Source: Adineta vaga (Eukaryota; Animalia; Rotifera). Taken from it: a stretch of DNA of 64,000 nt. Numbering within the stretch: position 1 is the first letter of the stretch; each line of letters starts with the position of its first letter. Under the pieces are notes generated by a model. That model worked only from the letters and a program-made list of their open reading frames with translations. It made no database searches and was not told where the DNA came from. Below, piece by piece: positions 37,939 to 53,439 of this stretch. The stretch is from positions 13,206,001 through 13,270,000 of the forward strand of contig CP075495.1 of assembly GCA_021613535.1 (NCBI GenBank). Reading direction: 5' to 3'. The position numbers and the translations under genes are program-made.

Positions 37939-40900
37939 ACAGCCAGTAATACGAGTACCAATAGGTATAACTTGCGGCGAAGCCGAAAACGCCTATTAAA
38001 TCGAACAAACACACATTTAGAAAATGTAATGAAAAGAAAGCATGATCTTACTTTGAATGTATTCAGACAACAATGAGCATTTCATGACGTTGATTTTCAG
38101 ATATGGCCACCCTTATACTCAAAAACATCCAATCTATATTAAAAAGAAGATTGATCAGATTTTGTTTTCTCTAATAAATTTCAAAACTTACCACCAGAAA
38201 GCGTTGATTTAGCGAAGACAGCCACTCTATTGCTTTTGAAGAACTTTTCAAACAAGAAATGTTTATGATGATTTAATCTATTTTTCTTCTATCGATAATA
38301 ACACACGAGATTTGTTTTTCTTAGTTATTCCACTAGTATTTATCTGAAGGAAAAGAAGAAAAAAACAGCGAGTAGAGAAATATTTCATCCGTCATACATG
38401 CCAATGTATTAGGCGTCAATGTGTATAGTTTGAAGTTTACAAAGTAAGCGAGAAAAGAAATGGAACGACACAACGATTGCGATGATGTAGGCAATCGAAC
38501 GTCTTACATATATATATATGTGAAGTAAGAATAACGCACACATACACGTACGCATATAAACATAGGCATGCATTTATAATCTTGACGAGCGATGTAATGT
38601 CGAGAAAAAAAAAGAAACCGAGACGATGACGAGACGCGGGGAAAAAACAGAATAGAAATACATATATGAGAATGAAACGACGTGCTGGTAAATTATGTTA
38701 TTCATAATGACGACGAGAGAGAAGAAAAAACTTTCCTCATTCACGGACAGAACCGACTCGAGACGTAGTTTTTGCCGACGTTTCTTGCAAACAATGTCGT
38801 ATAGAAGTTCGCTTAGTTGTTCTCTATTCTGTTGTCAAATGATGTGCTTAGGGAAAAAAAACATGAAGACGATGACAGAAAGATAGAGGAACGACAAAAT
38901 CTAGTAGATTTATCGAGATATTCTCCGAACCATATGCATCCTGTGATCTTATTAGATGTCGCATGCATGTCTATTGACAGTATTTATGAAGAAAAATGAC
39001 GAACATATGTCGATAGTTACAACAAGTAAAACACTAAAATAGGATCATATTTTCAATTAAACAAACAACTAAAAAGTCTTTCTCCGTGTTAAACATACCA
39101 AAAGAGGGCGTTGTCATGGATTGGTTATGAAATTTTTCTGTTTATAGTTATGGTTGTAACCTACTCATACTTATGTGCAGACAATAAAAAAGAAAATTTT
39201 GAAATATTTTTCTAACTTGTATGTGCCTCTACGACAGTTAAATGAAATAGAAATGATTTTTATCTTATATCCAAGCAGAAACTAGTGACAAAAACAGCAC
39301 GAATATTGACTCTAGATAATAATATTAATTTTTCTCTATTTTAATGTTGTGAATATTTACACAAGATCGAGATCGTGGACTTGTCAGAATACGGTGTGTG
39401 AAAGCGAGAAAGACTAGAACTGCAAAAGTGTTATCTATTTGCGCAAACTATCAACAAGAGTTTCTTGAGAGAATTGAAGATAATTTCAATTTGATTATTC
39501 ATAGTAGCTGAAATATTGACCTTTGAAAGTACATGTACAAAAACAAACGAATGTCATTCAATATTACGTATTTATTTTATCCGAATATATATATATATAT
39601 TGATTTTATGAATAAATAATCAATATTACTACGTCTTTGAAAATAAAAATTGCGTGGATATATTTAAGAATTTTCTCGAATGTTATTGCAAGGGATACGG
39701 ATTGACCTCTACGTTGTGAATCATCATTATGAAATATCGTTATATAATTTGATATTTTTTATTCCTTTATTTATTAATCAAATGAAAATAATTAAAGTTT
39801 ATACAGTTAATAATATTCATTTTTTCTTATTCGCTTGATTAAATTCTATGGACAGGTAGAAACGTAATATATTCAAATGAGGACAGAAAGTAAATAGTAA
39901 ATGCTATAATTTTCATGCGTCAAAATGATTCTATGATATTGATCTCTTTTTGCAATTAGAAAATCGTTCTATTGATATTGACAATTGTAAAAATGAATTT
40001 CTAATTTCTACGTATCTGTATTACTAGAGAAAGAATTGAACATTACTTTATTTAATTCATCTTGTTTCTATTTTCAATTTGATGCTATTCAAGAATTAGA
40101 ATATACTCTATATTTGTACTCAACTTGATATCTCATTGTATGAATAAAAAATATTTTTATCACTTTTTAAAATTGTATGACAATGAAGAATAGAAAAAGA
40201 TACGTCGTCAATGAATTTTGTTCTCTTCACTAATGAATGACTTGCAAGATTCTTTTATTTGTAAAGTACTTTCAAATCAAGGAATGATCTTTTTTTAAAT
40301 AACATATGTTAGAAAGTTTCATCTATCATTGAACAATTATCTTCAGGAGATCATATATCACAAAGACAAAATTTCATTTTGCAAAAATAAGAATTGATGT
40401 TATTTTTCTTCAACAATCTGATGTAGGATGATCGATTGAGTTACTTTTGTTTTAACTATAAACTTTTTCTACATCTAAGTTCACTACGAAGATCATATAG
40501 ATCATTTAATTCTTCATATTCAAGATTAGAAAACAAAAGACGATAAAAATGAAACTAATAGTACGTCATTATAGAAGAATAAAATACGAATTTGAAATTC
40601 ATATTATTTATTTAATATATTATATTCGATCCTTTAAATAGCTTTTCAAGTATTTTTAAAACAAAATTTATCATTCTTTTACTCACTTTCCTTTTCTATC
40701 TCTCTCTCTCTCTCTCGCACTTCTCTTTCTCTTTATATATATATATATATTTAGATATCCGTATGCACCATTATATTATGGATCTTAGGTGTCGGAAATT
40801 AGAAGGTATATAATCTTGACGAATCTTCTTCTTCTTCTTTTTTTTGTTGGTATTGTGATTTAAATAATAGTTTGCCTGACATGAGTAACAAACATGAGAG

Positions 40901-41799
40901 ACTTGAAAATGTCTTGTAGGTTAAGTATTAAGACGAATAAATCCGTTTTTCTTCACACATGAGTTTTCATCACTAATATGCATAATAATTTTTTTACAAA
41001 TTTCCATTATCTTCTATTAGCAATAGGTTCGATTTGCTTTCGTCACTTTTTTTTATTATACTTACTTCCTATAACGATGATGATGATGATGATGATGAAG
41101 CGAGATGCTTCCGGTAGGAGACTTAAGTTTTTTTTCTCCTTTTTTCTTTTCTTCTTTTTCTTCTTCGTCATCGCTTTTTTTCCCCTCTTTATCGTCTTAT
41201 CGATATAAACTCACACCGGGTCATTTACGAGCATTATCTGTTTTTCATGTTTCAGTATATAACAAACAATACAAAACGTTCAAATTTTTATTCAAATTTG
41301 TACATAGATCATTCTTCATCGAATTAAGTTAAAAATTAACCATTTGTGTATTCGCATAGCATACATATAAACATTGTCAAACTCGTAAAGGCGATAAAAA
41401 AAGGGGAAGCAGTAATGAAATAACAGACAGTTAGCAGTAGTAGTAAAAAAACAACGAGAAGCAGACGAGTTTCACCTATCGCTTAGGTCTTTTTTTTCAT
41501 TGCGTGCGTCCTCCCTTTTTCGTCATTGCAATGAATGCCCACATAACCTAACATCGTACATTTCATCGACAATATTTTGCACACACACACACACACACTC
41601 TCGTCGAAAGATGGAGAACAAAACATGAGTTGAAGAAATAAAAAACAAAACAAAATATATCATCGTGATGTTATTGTTAGAAGTGACATCATGTGAGTAT
41701 CATCTTTTCAAAGAGATCTTTTTCAAGGTCGTTCATAATAACAATACATCTAAAAAAGACTCATTCATATTTATCTTTCTGTTCTAGACAAGACCTAGA

Positions 41800-42400
41800 T
41801 ATGTAAGTGTCGCGTGCACAATGTCTAATTTTGTCGACTTTCATGTTCTGTTCCAAAATCTTTTTTTTCTTCTTCTTCTTCTTCGTTTTCTTCTTTTATT
41901 GTGTCCTGTTCTGTTACTCATCAACAAGAGTCGACAAACCCTGGATGTGCGTAACGGCGAGACGGTCTCGACTCTCTTCTTCTCTGTCGTTTTTCTCTCG
42001 ATCACCCTCATTGAACGTATGCGCGCTATCTATCCGTCTCTTTAACTGACATACGTGTGTATTTCTGTTCAACAACAGTCGTCAACGAAACAAGAAGGAC
42101 GATAGAGAAAGCGCGTGAGTGAAAAACGAGAGAGAGAAAGAACACCATCGTTTCTAGAATACGCGCACGCCTAAGAAAGAAACAGAAGACGATGCTATGC
42201 GCGCGCGTTCGCACACGCTTCTAATTCGCTATTTTTAGCACTTCATCTCTCTGGTCTATTGCTACTACCCGACGTGCGTTTCTTTTTGCATTTGTTCTTT
42301 GACAGTAAGCGAACGAGCGAGCGACAAAGACAGAGAGAGAGAGAGGGAGCGAAAGCGAACGAGTGCGTTGAAGATCCCACCCATTCAATGAGCTAGTTAT
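41800..42400. promoter_or_regulatory. CpG/GC-enriched non-coding segment, probable promoter/5' region of RasGRP
   Basis: Local cluster of CGCG/GCGC motifs in otherwise AT-rich DNA, upstream of the RasGRP 5' exons; no credible ORF. Confidence 0.35.
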
Positions 42401-43237
42401 TTCTTGCTATTGCAACAAGAATATTTTCTTTCTCCTTTTACTCATATTCACATACACACATACACAACATTTCTAGATCATCATTATCATCACCGACCCG
42501 CATTATCAAAATTTATCTCTTTGGATCTTTGTTTTGTTTATTTCTGTTATTTCATGATTTACCATGTCAAATAGACAACGAATGACAATCTCGACTATGC
42601 TTCATTAGTTTATTGATTGAATAATTGATTATTATCAACATTCATCAATATTATGACGAAATGTAGCGGTGTTTTTCACTTCGAACATATGGTCAGTATG
42701 ATATAAATCAATATTTTCATTACATAGAAATCTATCTTTTCTCATTCTCTCTCGTGTTAATTCAATAGAATTTTAAGATAAAGTAATTTTGTTCTCTTTC
42801 GTCTGAACACATTGACGTAAAGAGTATAATCGAGTAGGATGTAGAAGTTCTCTTTTCTGTTGAGTAATGACGTTGAGATAGACCTAATAATTCTCTTTTA
42901 GTTATTTTTTTATTTATCTATTTCCTCCTACACGCTTTCGGAATGTCAGAGTTCAGTTAAATGACAAAAATATATTGTTATACATGTACGTCATCACTCT
43001 TATATTCGTTTGATAGCGAATATTAATATTATTTTATCAGACGAACAATAAAGGAAAAACCTAGAAGGAAGAGACATATGAAGCATCAGCTGTAAATTTC
43101 ATTTAGATTCTCTATCGATCATCCTCATGGGAAAAAACGAGTCAAATTCTTGTTTTTTTTCTATGACACCTATCTCTTAATCTCTCTATATAATTCTTTG
43201 ACGTTTTTTTTCTAGCTCATGTCGATAAATATCAATA

Positions 43238-46200
43238 ATGAATACTACCAGTAGTCTTCAACAATCGGTGCCTTTACCACCCGATGAATCATCCATATCA
43301 TCTTCACCATTAGTTTTACCAACTATATTACCATCTTCACAACATTTTCCTGTATCTTCATTACTTTCCTGTTCATCTTTTGCTGGTCATCCAAATAAAT
43401 CTCGTCCTATTACTGGTATTGATAATGATTTAAATAAAGTATCACCAACAATCAAACGTTCTCAAGCAATTCCCAATATACAAGATCTTGATGAGAATAG
43501 TCCCGTAACATTTGAAATCGATACAAATGAACATCTTCATAATCGTAAAAAAGTACAATTACAAATCAATCCAACATTTATTAATAATCGACCTATTAAT
43601 GAATCGATGTCATCAATTGATAAACAACAAATGAATAGTAGTAATAATAGTGGTGATGTAGATGAATCTAATACACGTTCAGAATCAAATGAAACACCTG
43701 AGTATCTCAAAGAAGAAAAACCCATAGTACCCGGTGTACATGTTAAAGGAGCAACATTGAATCGATTAATTCGTATATTAGTTGATTCATTTCGTAAGTT
43801 GAAAAAAATTGTCGTTTTTTTTCGAGAGATTAATTTTGATTTGTGTTTGTCTTAGAAACAAATGGTATAGTAACTGATGAAAGTGAATTTCCTAGAGTTT
43901 TCTTTCTCATGCATAAATGGATTATGGAATCAGAATATTTAAGTCATATGTTATATGATTTATATAAACATACAGATGATGATTATAAAAAAGTAATAAA
44001 TTCAACGGAAAAACGAAGTTACAAAGAATATCAATTACGTATTTGTCATGCTTATAAGTATGGTTTTATCCTTTGATTAGAAAATGTTTTTTTTTATATT
44101 AAATTTCTGTCATATTTTAGTTTTTGGATGAAAAGTTTTCCCATGCACTTTGATTTGGACAAAAAATTAAAAGAAACGTGTGAACAAATGAAGGAATTGA
44201 TTAAAGTATCAGGCGATATTGAATGTATGAAATTAGTGGATCCTTCTCAAATGTAAGTACAACACTATTTTGAAATCTTCTATTGATTTTGTATTACTCT
44301 AGACCATCATTTGATTGGATGCGTCAAATGACAGTACGAAATCAAACAAAAAATAAAACTGTTTCACTTGGTTTTAATAATATTGATCCGCAAACGTTAG
44401 CAGCTCAGTTAACTTATTTAGAATGGAAAATTCTTCGACGAATTACATTTACAGATTATAAAACCTATGCGATTAAAAACACTTTACAAGATAATCCACG
44501 TCTTGAACGTTCGATACAATTCTTTAATGGTTTATCCACATGGATACAATGTATGGTTTTAAGTAAAATGACACCAAAACAACGAGCCGAAGTTATACAT
44601 AAGTTTCTCGATGTAGCTAAGGTAATTGATTTTGAATTGTTTTTGTATTTAGAAATTTTTTATTTGTTGTTTTAGTACTTAAAAGAATTACAAAATTTTA
44701 ATACATGTCTAGCCGTAATCGGAGGCATTTCACATAGTGCATTAGCACGATTATCTAAAACGATGATGTGTTTATCATCCGAAGATATCAAATTATTAGG
44801 AGAGATGACAGATTTATTATCATCGAATTCGAATTATGCACAATATCGAAAGAGTTTGAATGATTGTGAAGGTTTCAAAATACCAATTATGTAAGTTAAA
44901 TCATCTTTTATGGCGAATAGATAAATTTTGAGTTTTTTTTACTATTATAGTGGAGTTCATTTGAAAGATATTATTTCTTTACATGTCGCATTACAAGATC
45001 GTTTAGAATATGATTTAATTAATTTTCGAAAATTAGTTCAACTTAGTATTACATTTCGAACATTGACCAATTTACAAGGATCTGTACCACCTGTACAACC
45101 AAATCATGATTTGATTCATTTACTTACTGTAAATTAAGATTTTCTTTTGATGAAAATGAACTATGTTTATTTTGTTTTCTTAGCTTTCATTGGATTTGAG
45201 TTATACTGAAGATGAAATTTATGAACTTTCATTGGCAAGAGAACCTCGATCATCGGTATCATCGGTAAGATGAGATGATAAAAATTTTAATCAAAATTCT
45301 ATTTTGTCTGTTTCTTTCATTAGCCGGATCAAGTAGGTCGCGGTTTACAACCCGGTGATGCAACCAATGAGTCAACAACTGATGGTTACAAGAAAAAAGA
45401 ACAAATACATAGTCCTGTTTTTGCAGATTGGGCAGCGGGTGTTAGTCAAACAATCGATATTCAAACTATTCAACGACATGTCAATGCTATGGTTGAAGCT
45501 GTTTTTACAACGTATGATCATGATCGCGATGGTTATATTTCCCACACTGAATTTGAAGAAATTGCTCAAAATTTTCCATTTATTGATACATTTACTGTAC
45601 TTGATGCTGATCAGTATGTTTGAAAATGTGATTCGATAGGAAAAAAAAGATTTTCTTGTCGTTTTCTTTTTCAGAGATGGAATGATATCGAAAACAGAAA
45701 TGCGTAGTTATTTCTTACGTGCAAAATATCATGATTTAAAAGGTGAATTTAAACATGATTTTCATGAAACGACGTATTTTAAACCAACATTTTGTGTTCA
45801 TTGTACTGGACTTCTTTGGGGTTTAATTAAACAAGGATGGAAATGTAAAGGTAAAAATCTTTCAATCGTTGTTTTCTTTCGTTTTTTCCTACGAATTAAT
45901 TCCCTGTACAGATTGTGGTATAAATGCGCATCGTCATTGTAAAGATCAAGTTGTTATGGAATGTCGACAAAAACGATCTAATCAAGTAAATAAACAAAGT
46001 TCCATGGGTGATTCTCGTTCAGGCCGTAATTCATTTCGAATTCGTAAGACTCGAAAACAAAAAGGAACACAAACAGAAGATTTTAATTTTTCTTCCACAA
46101 CATCTTCATCAGCATCATCGGAAAGTTGTACAAGTTCATCCGATGATGAACCACCATCATTACCACATCATTCTCAATCATGGCATATGCATAAATCTTC

Positions 46201-47477
46201 ATCATTAAAACATCGAAAACCAAATTTATCAGATTCAAATGATGATTATTATTATACACATCCACCATCGCCACCTCAGAATCAAATTTTAAATAATATT
46301 CCACCAACTAATATCATTCCCGTTGCTCAACAATTAATTCCACGTGGCCCATTAATTTGTTCAGATAGTTTCGAAAAATGGAATGACCGTTGTTTTACAT
46401 GGAATCGACCATTACTATCCAACTTTATTATCATCAGCGCCAAGCACATCCACTGGTACTTCTGAATCAACAACAAGTATTACCACAGCAAAAACAGAAA
46501 TCAATGAACAAGATAAACTAAATTCTCCACTTTTCTATGGACAAGCGTCGTTTCTCGAAGGTGATGTTAGTGATGACGATGACGATACGAGGCGTTTCAT
46601 TGGACCAAAACAAATCCGACGTAATGTCAAAGCTACTATGTGCAAAGATATTGGTTTAGTTACCTCTCCAACACTCGATGAAAACGATGATGATACTTGT
46701 CTTTCAACAAATAATAGTTTACAACCATTAAAAACGACACCAAATTATGGTAGTAGTCAAAATTTAAATTCAAGAAGATTATCATTAACAGAATCTCTAC
46801 ATTCATTACCGGTTAAATCTGATACCACACCAAATGAAATCTTCCAACGATTGAGACAAGCTGAAGAAGTAAGAAGATTTTCCGTGGTGAATTAAAATAA
46901 ATATACTTTTTTTAATTTTCAGGAAAAGAAACGACTTGAAGATGAAAATCGTGCAATGAAACAAGAACTTGTTCGAACAAAATCCAAAATCAGTTCTTTA
47001 AAACGTGAAATGAGTTCAATACAACAAATACATCTTGCTCAACAACAAGTTCATGCACAATTATCTGCACCAACAATTATTTCAAGTCGACAGGAACTTG
47101 AACAACATCATTCATCATCTCAAACATACTTGAAACCATCCATATTCACTTATATGACAGAAAATAATGATTCAATGAAAGTACATTTTCATCAACATAA
47201 GACAAATCTTGCAACATTAACCGATCATCGTTCCTTATCACCAACAGATAAAACAAATAATCCCACTTGTTTAGCACAATCAACTCAAACAACATCATTT
47301 TCACCACCATCACCTATAATTCAGTTTTCCAATTTATCATCAACATCCAATGATCAACAACATAATCATCGTCCTGTTCAATCGACATCTTCTTCAACAC
47401 AATGTGAACCATCCGATGAACAATTAAGGCTCTATCTTACTGAAACATTACAACGAGAAAAAGATAGTACAGTTTAA
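43238..47477 (+). CDS. RASGRP: RasGRP/CalDAG-GEF (REM, CDC25 GEF, 2 EF-hands, C1, coiled coil); frame discontinuity near 46374
   Basis: VKGATLNRLI; FPRVFFLMHKW; LAAQLTYLEW; FKIPIIGVHLKDII; IYELSLAREPR; EF-hand YDHDRDGYISHTEFEE; C1 [44 protein letters not shown]; KGTQT motif. Confidence 0.92.
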
Positions 47478-47772
47478 CAAAGACAAGAAACAATCTTGTC
47501 GTTCTTTTTGTTGTTGTTGAATGCTGGACATTCATTATCAGACTTTTACCTATCGTTTATGCCTAGTCACGAACACTACCATCGAGAATCATATATATGT
47601 ATTATATCGATGTTTGTTTCTCTCTTTTTTTATTCAATGAAATGCTGGTACATTCCGTTTGTCGTCTTTTTCATGTATATATATATTTTTTTTTTCTCTT
47701 TCTTTCTTTTTAATATAACAAAAAGAAACAATAACAAATACATTCAATGAAGAAAAATATTTGATTATTTTA

Positions 47773-49521
47773 TTAATTGTTTGCATTACCATCAATTTCT
47801 TGTAATAATCGATCACATTTTGACATTAACAGTTTAATTGAATCAACAAATAGTTGATCAGGTGGAACAGCACCAGCACTTTCGATACTAACTAGACAAT
47901 AATACAATCGAAAATCAATTGAGTGTAGAAAGATAAAAAAGGATACAGACAGATGAAATGATCACGAATTTTATTTAATTCAACACGATCTTTTAATTCG
48001 GGATAACGAAGTGCTTCACGACTACACATATCAAGACGTGGTTTAACAACAACTGCATGTCGACGACCTAAATTAATATGAATATTTTTCTTTTACATAT
48101 CTCATTCAATTAACATCAATAGTATTTGTATCAGAAACGAATGAAACACAATTTTACATTTCGTTCTATATTCTAATTACATTGTTAATATTCGATTCGA
48201 ACAAAACTAATCAATGTCAATCGTATAAAAGACTAAGTATGATAACAATTGACAAAGAAAAGTTTCTTTTCTATTGTTCATCAATCATTGTACACAATGA
48301 GACTATTATAATTACCATTCTTATCATTTTCAAGTTCAATAACGCCTTGTGTAAAACATTTCTGTAATTGTTCGGCATCTTGATCATAAATTGGCTCTTT
48401 TATTATAATTTCAGGCATTAAACGATAAGATGCCGTACCTTAACATAGACATATATCAAAATAGTATGAATGTATTTTCTTGATCAAGAAAATTTCCTTA
48501 CAAACAGGAGAGAATTTGGCATGATCACGACCAATACCTTTGTGACAAACAAGTTTCAAGTCAATTTCCTTAAGGTATTAAATCATCATTTATTCGATTA
48601 TTCTCGAAAATATCGACTTACTTGACCTGGACGAAGTTTAACAATTAATATATCACGAAATACTGGTCCAATATCATCCATTTTAAACTAAACATTCATA
48701 AACAATGATTATAAAAAGAAAAAAAAGCTCAGAGAAAATTCTATCAAACCTTTGTTGCTTGATTTCCAATAGGTATCCATTCCATATGTTCAGTATAAAC
48801 TAGATAATAGAGCAATCAAAATTTATAAATAAACGAAATAATTTCTCTCATTTGAAGAAAAAATACCACGCTATTAATGTAGAGATTTTTTGGATCATCA
48901 TTTTCTTCTGTTGCTTTTGGATTTTTCTTACATGTAACTTTAATTTTAAAAATTAATGTATCATTTTCACGCTCGAGTGTATCTCCAGATGCTTTATCAA
49001 CAAATAATCGAGCATCAGCAAGTAATGGAATTAAACCAAGACGATGTGCTAGAACATCATCGGGTAAAACAGAAGAATTCTCTGTTACATGTACTTTTTC
49101 AATAGCCTAAATTATGTAAACATAAAATATGTTTGTTCATTTCAATTTTAACTTATCTGCATACCATGGATGGTAATTCAGCAATGAGAATACGACGGAA
49201 TGCATTGGTAATCGATGCATCAGCACCAATGATATCAAATTCACTTGTTGTATTATCCAAACTTAAAATTTGAATTTGTAAATTCTAAAAATTTGAGTAC
49301 ATCGAATTTTCCAAAACAACGAAATTTCATGATTACTTTTTTAAATTCATCTAAATTTAAACTATCATCATAACCGGAATAATTACCAGGAAAATTTGTT
49401 GATGTAGTCTAAATTACAATTATGAAAATCATTTCATCTCTCTAATCATGAAATGACTTACATTGAGAAGTTCAGTATCTTCTAATTTGATTCTCGTACG
49501 CATATCATTCATTGATGTCAT
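47773..49521 (-). CDS. POLR1C: RNA polymerase I/III subunit RPAC1 (AC40), 10 exons
   Basis: [79 protein letters not shown] and ESAGAVPPD. Confidence 0.95.
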
Positions 49522-49658
49522 CTGAAAGATTAAATAATCTATTGAAATCTTTTCATGTTAAACATATTAAAACAAAATAATTTTATTTAATTATCATTTT
49601 TTTCCCCTACAAGGTCGTCTTGCTCGTTTACAATAGAAAGAAAGACAAATATTTCGAT

Positions 49659-50842
49659 TTAATGACGAGTGTAGGGATGACGTAGAACTGTTTCAATATC
49701 AGCACGTGTACGAGGATCAAGAACGAGTGTTTGACGAAGAACATTAACCAGCGAACGATCACGTGAAGCTGACTGTCCAGTTGGAGGTTCTGATGCTCGA
49801 GTAGTATATCTTGGAGGTTGACCATATGTCATTGCATAAAGAATTGCACCTAATGACCAAACATCAGCTTTTGGACCATAAACTCGACGGCGACCACGCG
49901 TATCTTGCATTACTTCTGGCGCACTAAAATCAAACAAACAATCATCTGCTTGAATTTTCATTTTCAATTGAACTAACCTGAACAATGGTGTACCCACACC
50001 ACCATAACTGGAATTAAAGATAAAAGAATAATAGGATTAGAAGAAAATATGGAATATATTTAAAAAAACATACCCTAACATATCTGCTTTTTTCGATATA
50101 CCTAAATCGACAATTTTAAGGACATCACCGAATAAAATAACATTATCTGGTTTTAGATCCATATGGACAATATTTCTTGTTGTCAATGTCTGAACAATAC
50201 TAACCATTTGACGCCAAATTTCTTTACGAATAATTGGATCAATAAATGTGCCAGGAGTACGAGTATCAACTACTGCAGAATGTAGACGATAGATTAATTT
50301 TGCAAGATTTTCACCACCTAATTCCATAACAATATAAGCTGTAAAGAAAATTCAATCAAATATTTGCTTTTCTAGTGGAAAAAAATTCATGAGAATATAC
50401 CGCGACCAGATCGAGAATCGAAATCAAAATCATAAATTTTAACAACATGCCGTGATTCTTGTCTTAATTGTTCCAGATTTTTCACTTCAGTCAAATAAGA
50501 TGCAACCAGATTTTCACCGGCACCTCGCATTCCATTTATATCAATCACTTTAATTGCAACACGATCACCATCAGGTGCTCGAGCAGAATAAACAGCACCT
50601 AAATATTTATTTTATTAAATAAACATCAAATCAAGAAAAGCTTCTTGCTTATTACCAAAACCACCAGAACCTAAACGTCGTTGAAACACGTATGGTTTAC
50701 CATGAATACGAGCTTTTTTACCAATGAATGGATCTTTATAACCTCCGCGAGGAACATGACCTAGAGAATAGAAAAAAGGAATTTTGATTAATAAATGAAT
50801 AGGAAAAGAAAATGAGTAACACAGACTGATCGCTCCACCCAT
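49659..50842 (-). CDS. kinase-domain-only protein kinase, TTK/Mps1-like, with N-terminal MGGAISLC acylation motif
   Basis: GKPYVFQRRLGSGGFG, VAIKVI, SYLTEV, YIVMELG, WRQMV, HMDLKPDN, LKIVDLGI, GTPLFSAPE and KADVWSLGAILYAMTYGQPP. The overall pattern resembles the Mps1 catalytic domain. Confidence 0.75.
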
Positions 50843-52020
50843 TTTGGTATCCGTTTTTACAATCAAATCTAACAGATTTTATTCTTGTTTCTCTAATATA
50901 AAATATCGATTGTATTTGTTTAAAAAAACGATAGTTCCAAACCAGCTGTGTATATACAAATAGGTGACGACAAATAGAAATAAATGTTCCACATGAATGG
51001 ATCAAATATGTACGTATAGACAAGAAATCAAGTTTTTTTCGTTGAATTAAGCAAGGAAACATGTTGTACTAAGGTACATATTCATTCAAACACTATTCGT
51101 AATTGATTGAAATTATGAAAATAGTCTCATGTTATAGTCATTATTAGCATGAAAGGACGAAATGTCCACGAAAAAAAATACTCGAGACATAATGATAAAA
51201 TCAGTGAGAGAAAAAAAGTACACTTGACTTCTTTTAGATGAAACCATATAATTTATCAAGTGTGCATTCATTTATTAAAAATTGAAAGACTAGTCGTATT
51301 TAAGGGTGTTTTATTGTAACACGTTTCATTACATTATCTTGCTTGAAAGAATCTAAATCAATCTAGCTCCTACGCACCACGCATTATTTCGTTTCTCACC
51401 GACACCAATCCATAGGATCAGTTGATCTCTATGTACACATATCCACACTTAATAATGAGATGTGATTCAGTCTCTTTTGTATGTGTATGTGAAACATTCA
51501 TACTCTGTCATTTTCTCTTCGCTCAAGACAATTATAAGCAACAGGATGATTGTAAAATAAAAATCGTTAACGAATAAAATAAAAAGAAAACAGAGAAAAG
51601 AAGAGAGAAGAAAAGACGACCGTTTGACGTCTTCTTCTACATTTTGATTTCATTTGTCATCATTACATTTTTCTCTCCCACATATTATATAAATCTACTA
51701 CAAAGTCGTGAAGAAAGAACGAAAAAAGAAAGAAAGAAATGAATCAATGAATAAAAATGAACTTCTTCTTCTTCATTCTCTTCTTCTCTTTTTCCTCGAG
51801 AGAAAAGACTATGTATTGTGTGTACGTGTATTTTAGCTCTGTTGTTTTTTGTCAATTAGATGTGTACGATGGCGACCGAGTTTGCGGAAGAAATTTTACC
51901 TTTCCTTTCTCTTTCTTCGTCTTTCCTAGCTGTCATTGGCGCGTCGTACTGCCACCATTAGGTCGATGCCCGTGCTCGATCAACACCTCGCTTACTCATA
52001 TTTCAAAAAAAAAAGTTTAA

Positions 52021-53047
<1,027 letters not shown>

Positions 53048-53439
53048 AAAGAAAAACAATCATTTCGAACAGATCTAATCTTTTCTTTTTCTTCACTTAT
53101 CTTCCCTAATATTCATCCAATTGTTGTCTGTGTATAACAAATAAGCAATTTTATTTGATAGTTCGTTTTGTTTTTCATTTCGAACACATTCTATCTTATA
53201 GATAGAAAATGCGTAAAAATAAAAAAAAACGATCATGATTATGGAATGATTATTAAAAAAACACGCATGAATCATCGAATGACTCATCTAAATATTTTGA
53301 AAATTCTTCGCATTAGTATCTATGTTGTTATTATTAAAAGACAAAAAAGCCTCATGTAAACTATTATCAGTAATGATAAAAATAAGGTAGATAATGTTAG
53401 ACAAATTTGAAACATCTTCATTCAATTTAATGAAAAGAG

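Noticed and set aside
38695-42214. Short ORFs with poly-Met/poly-Phe runs
   Set aside because: Products of (ATG)n and (TTC)n microsatellites in intergenic DNA.
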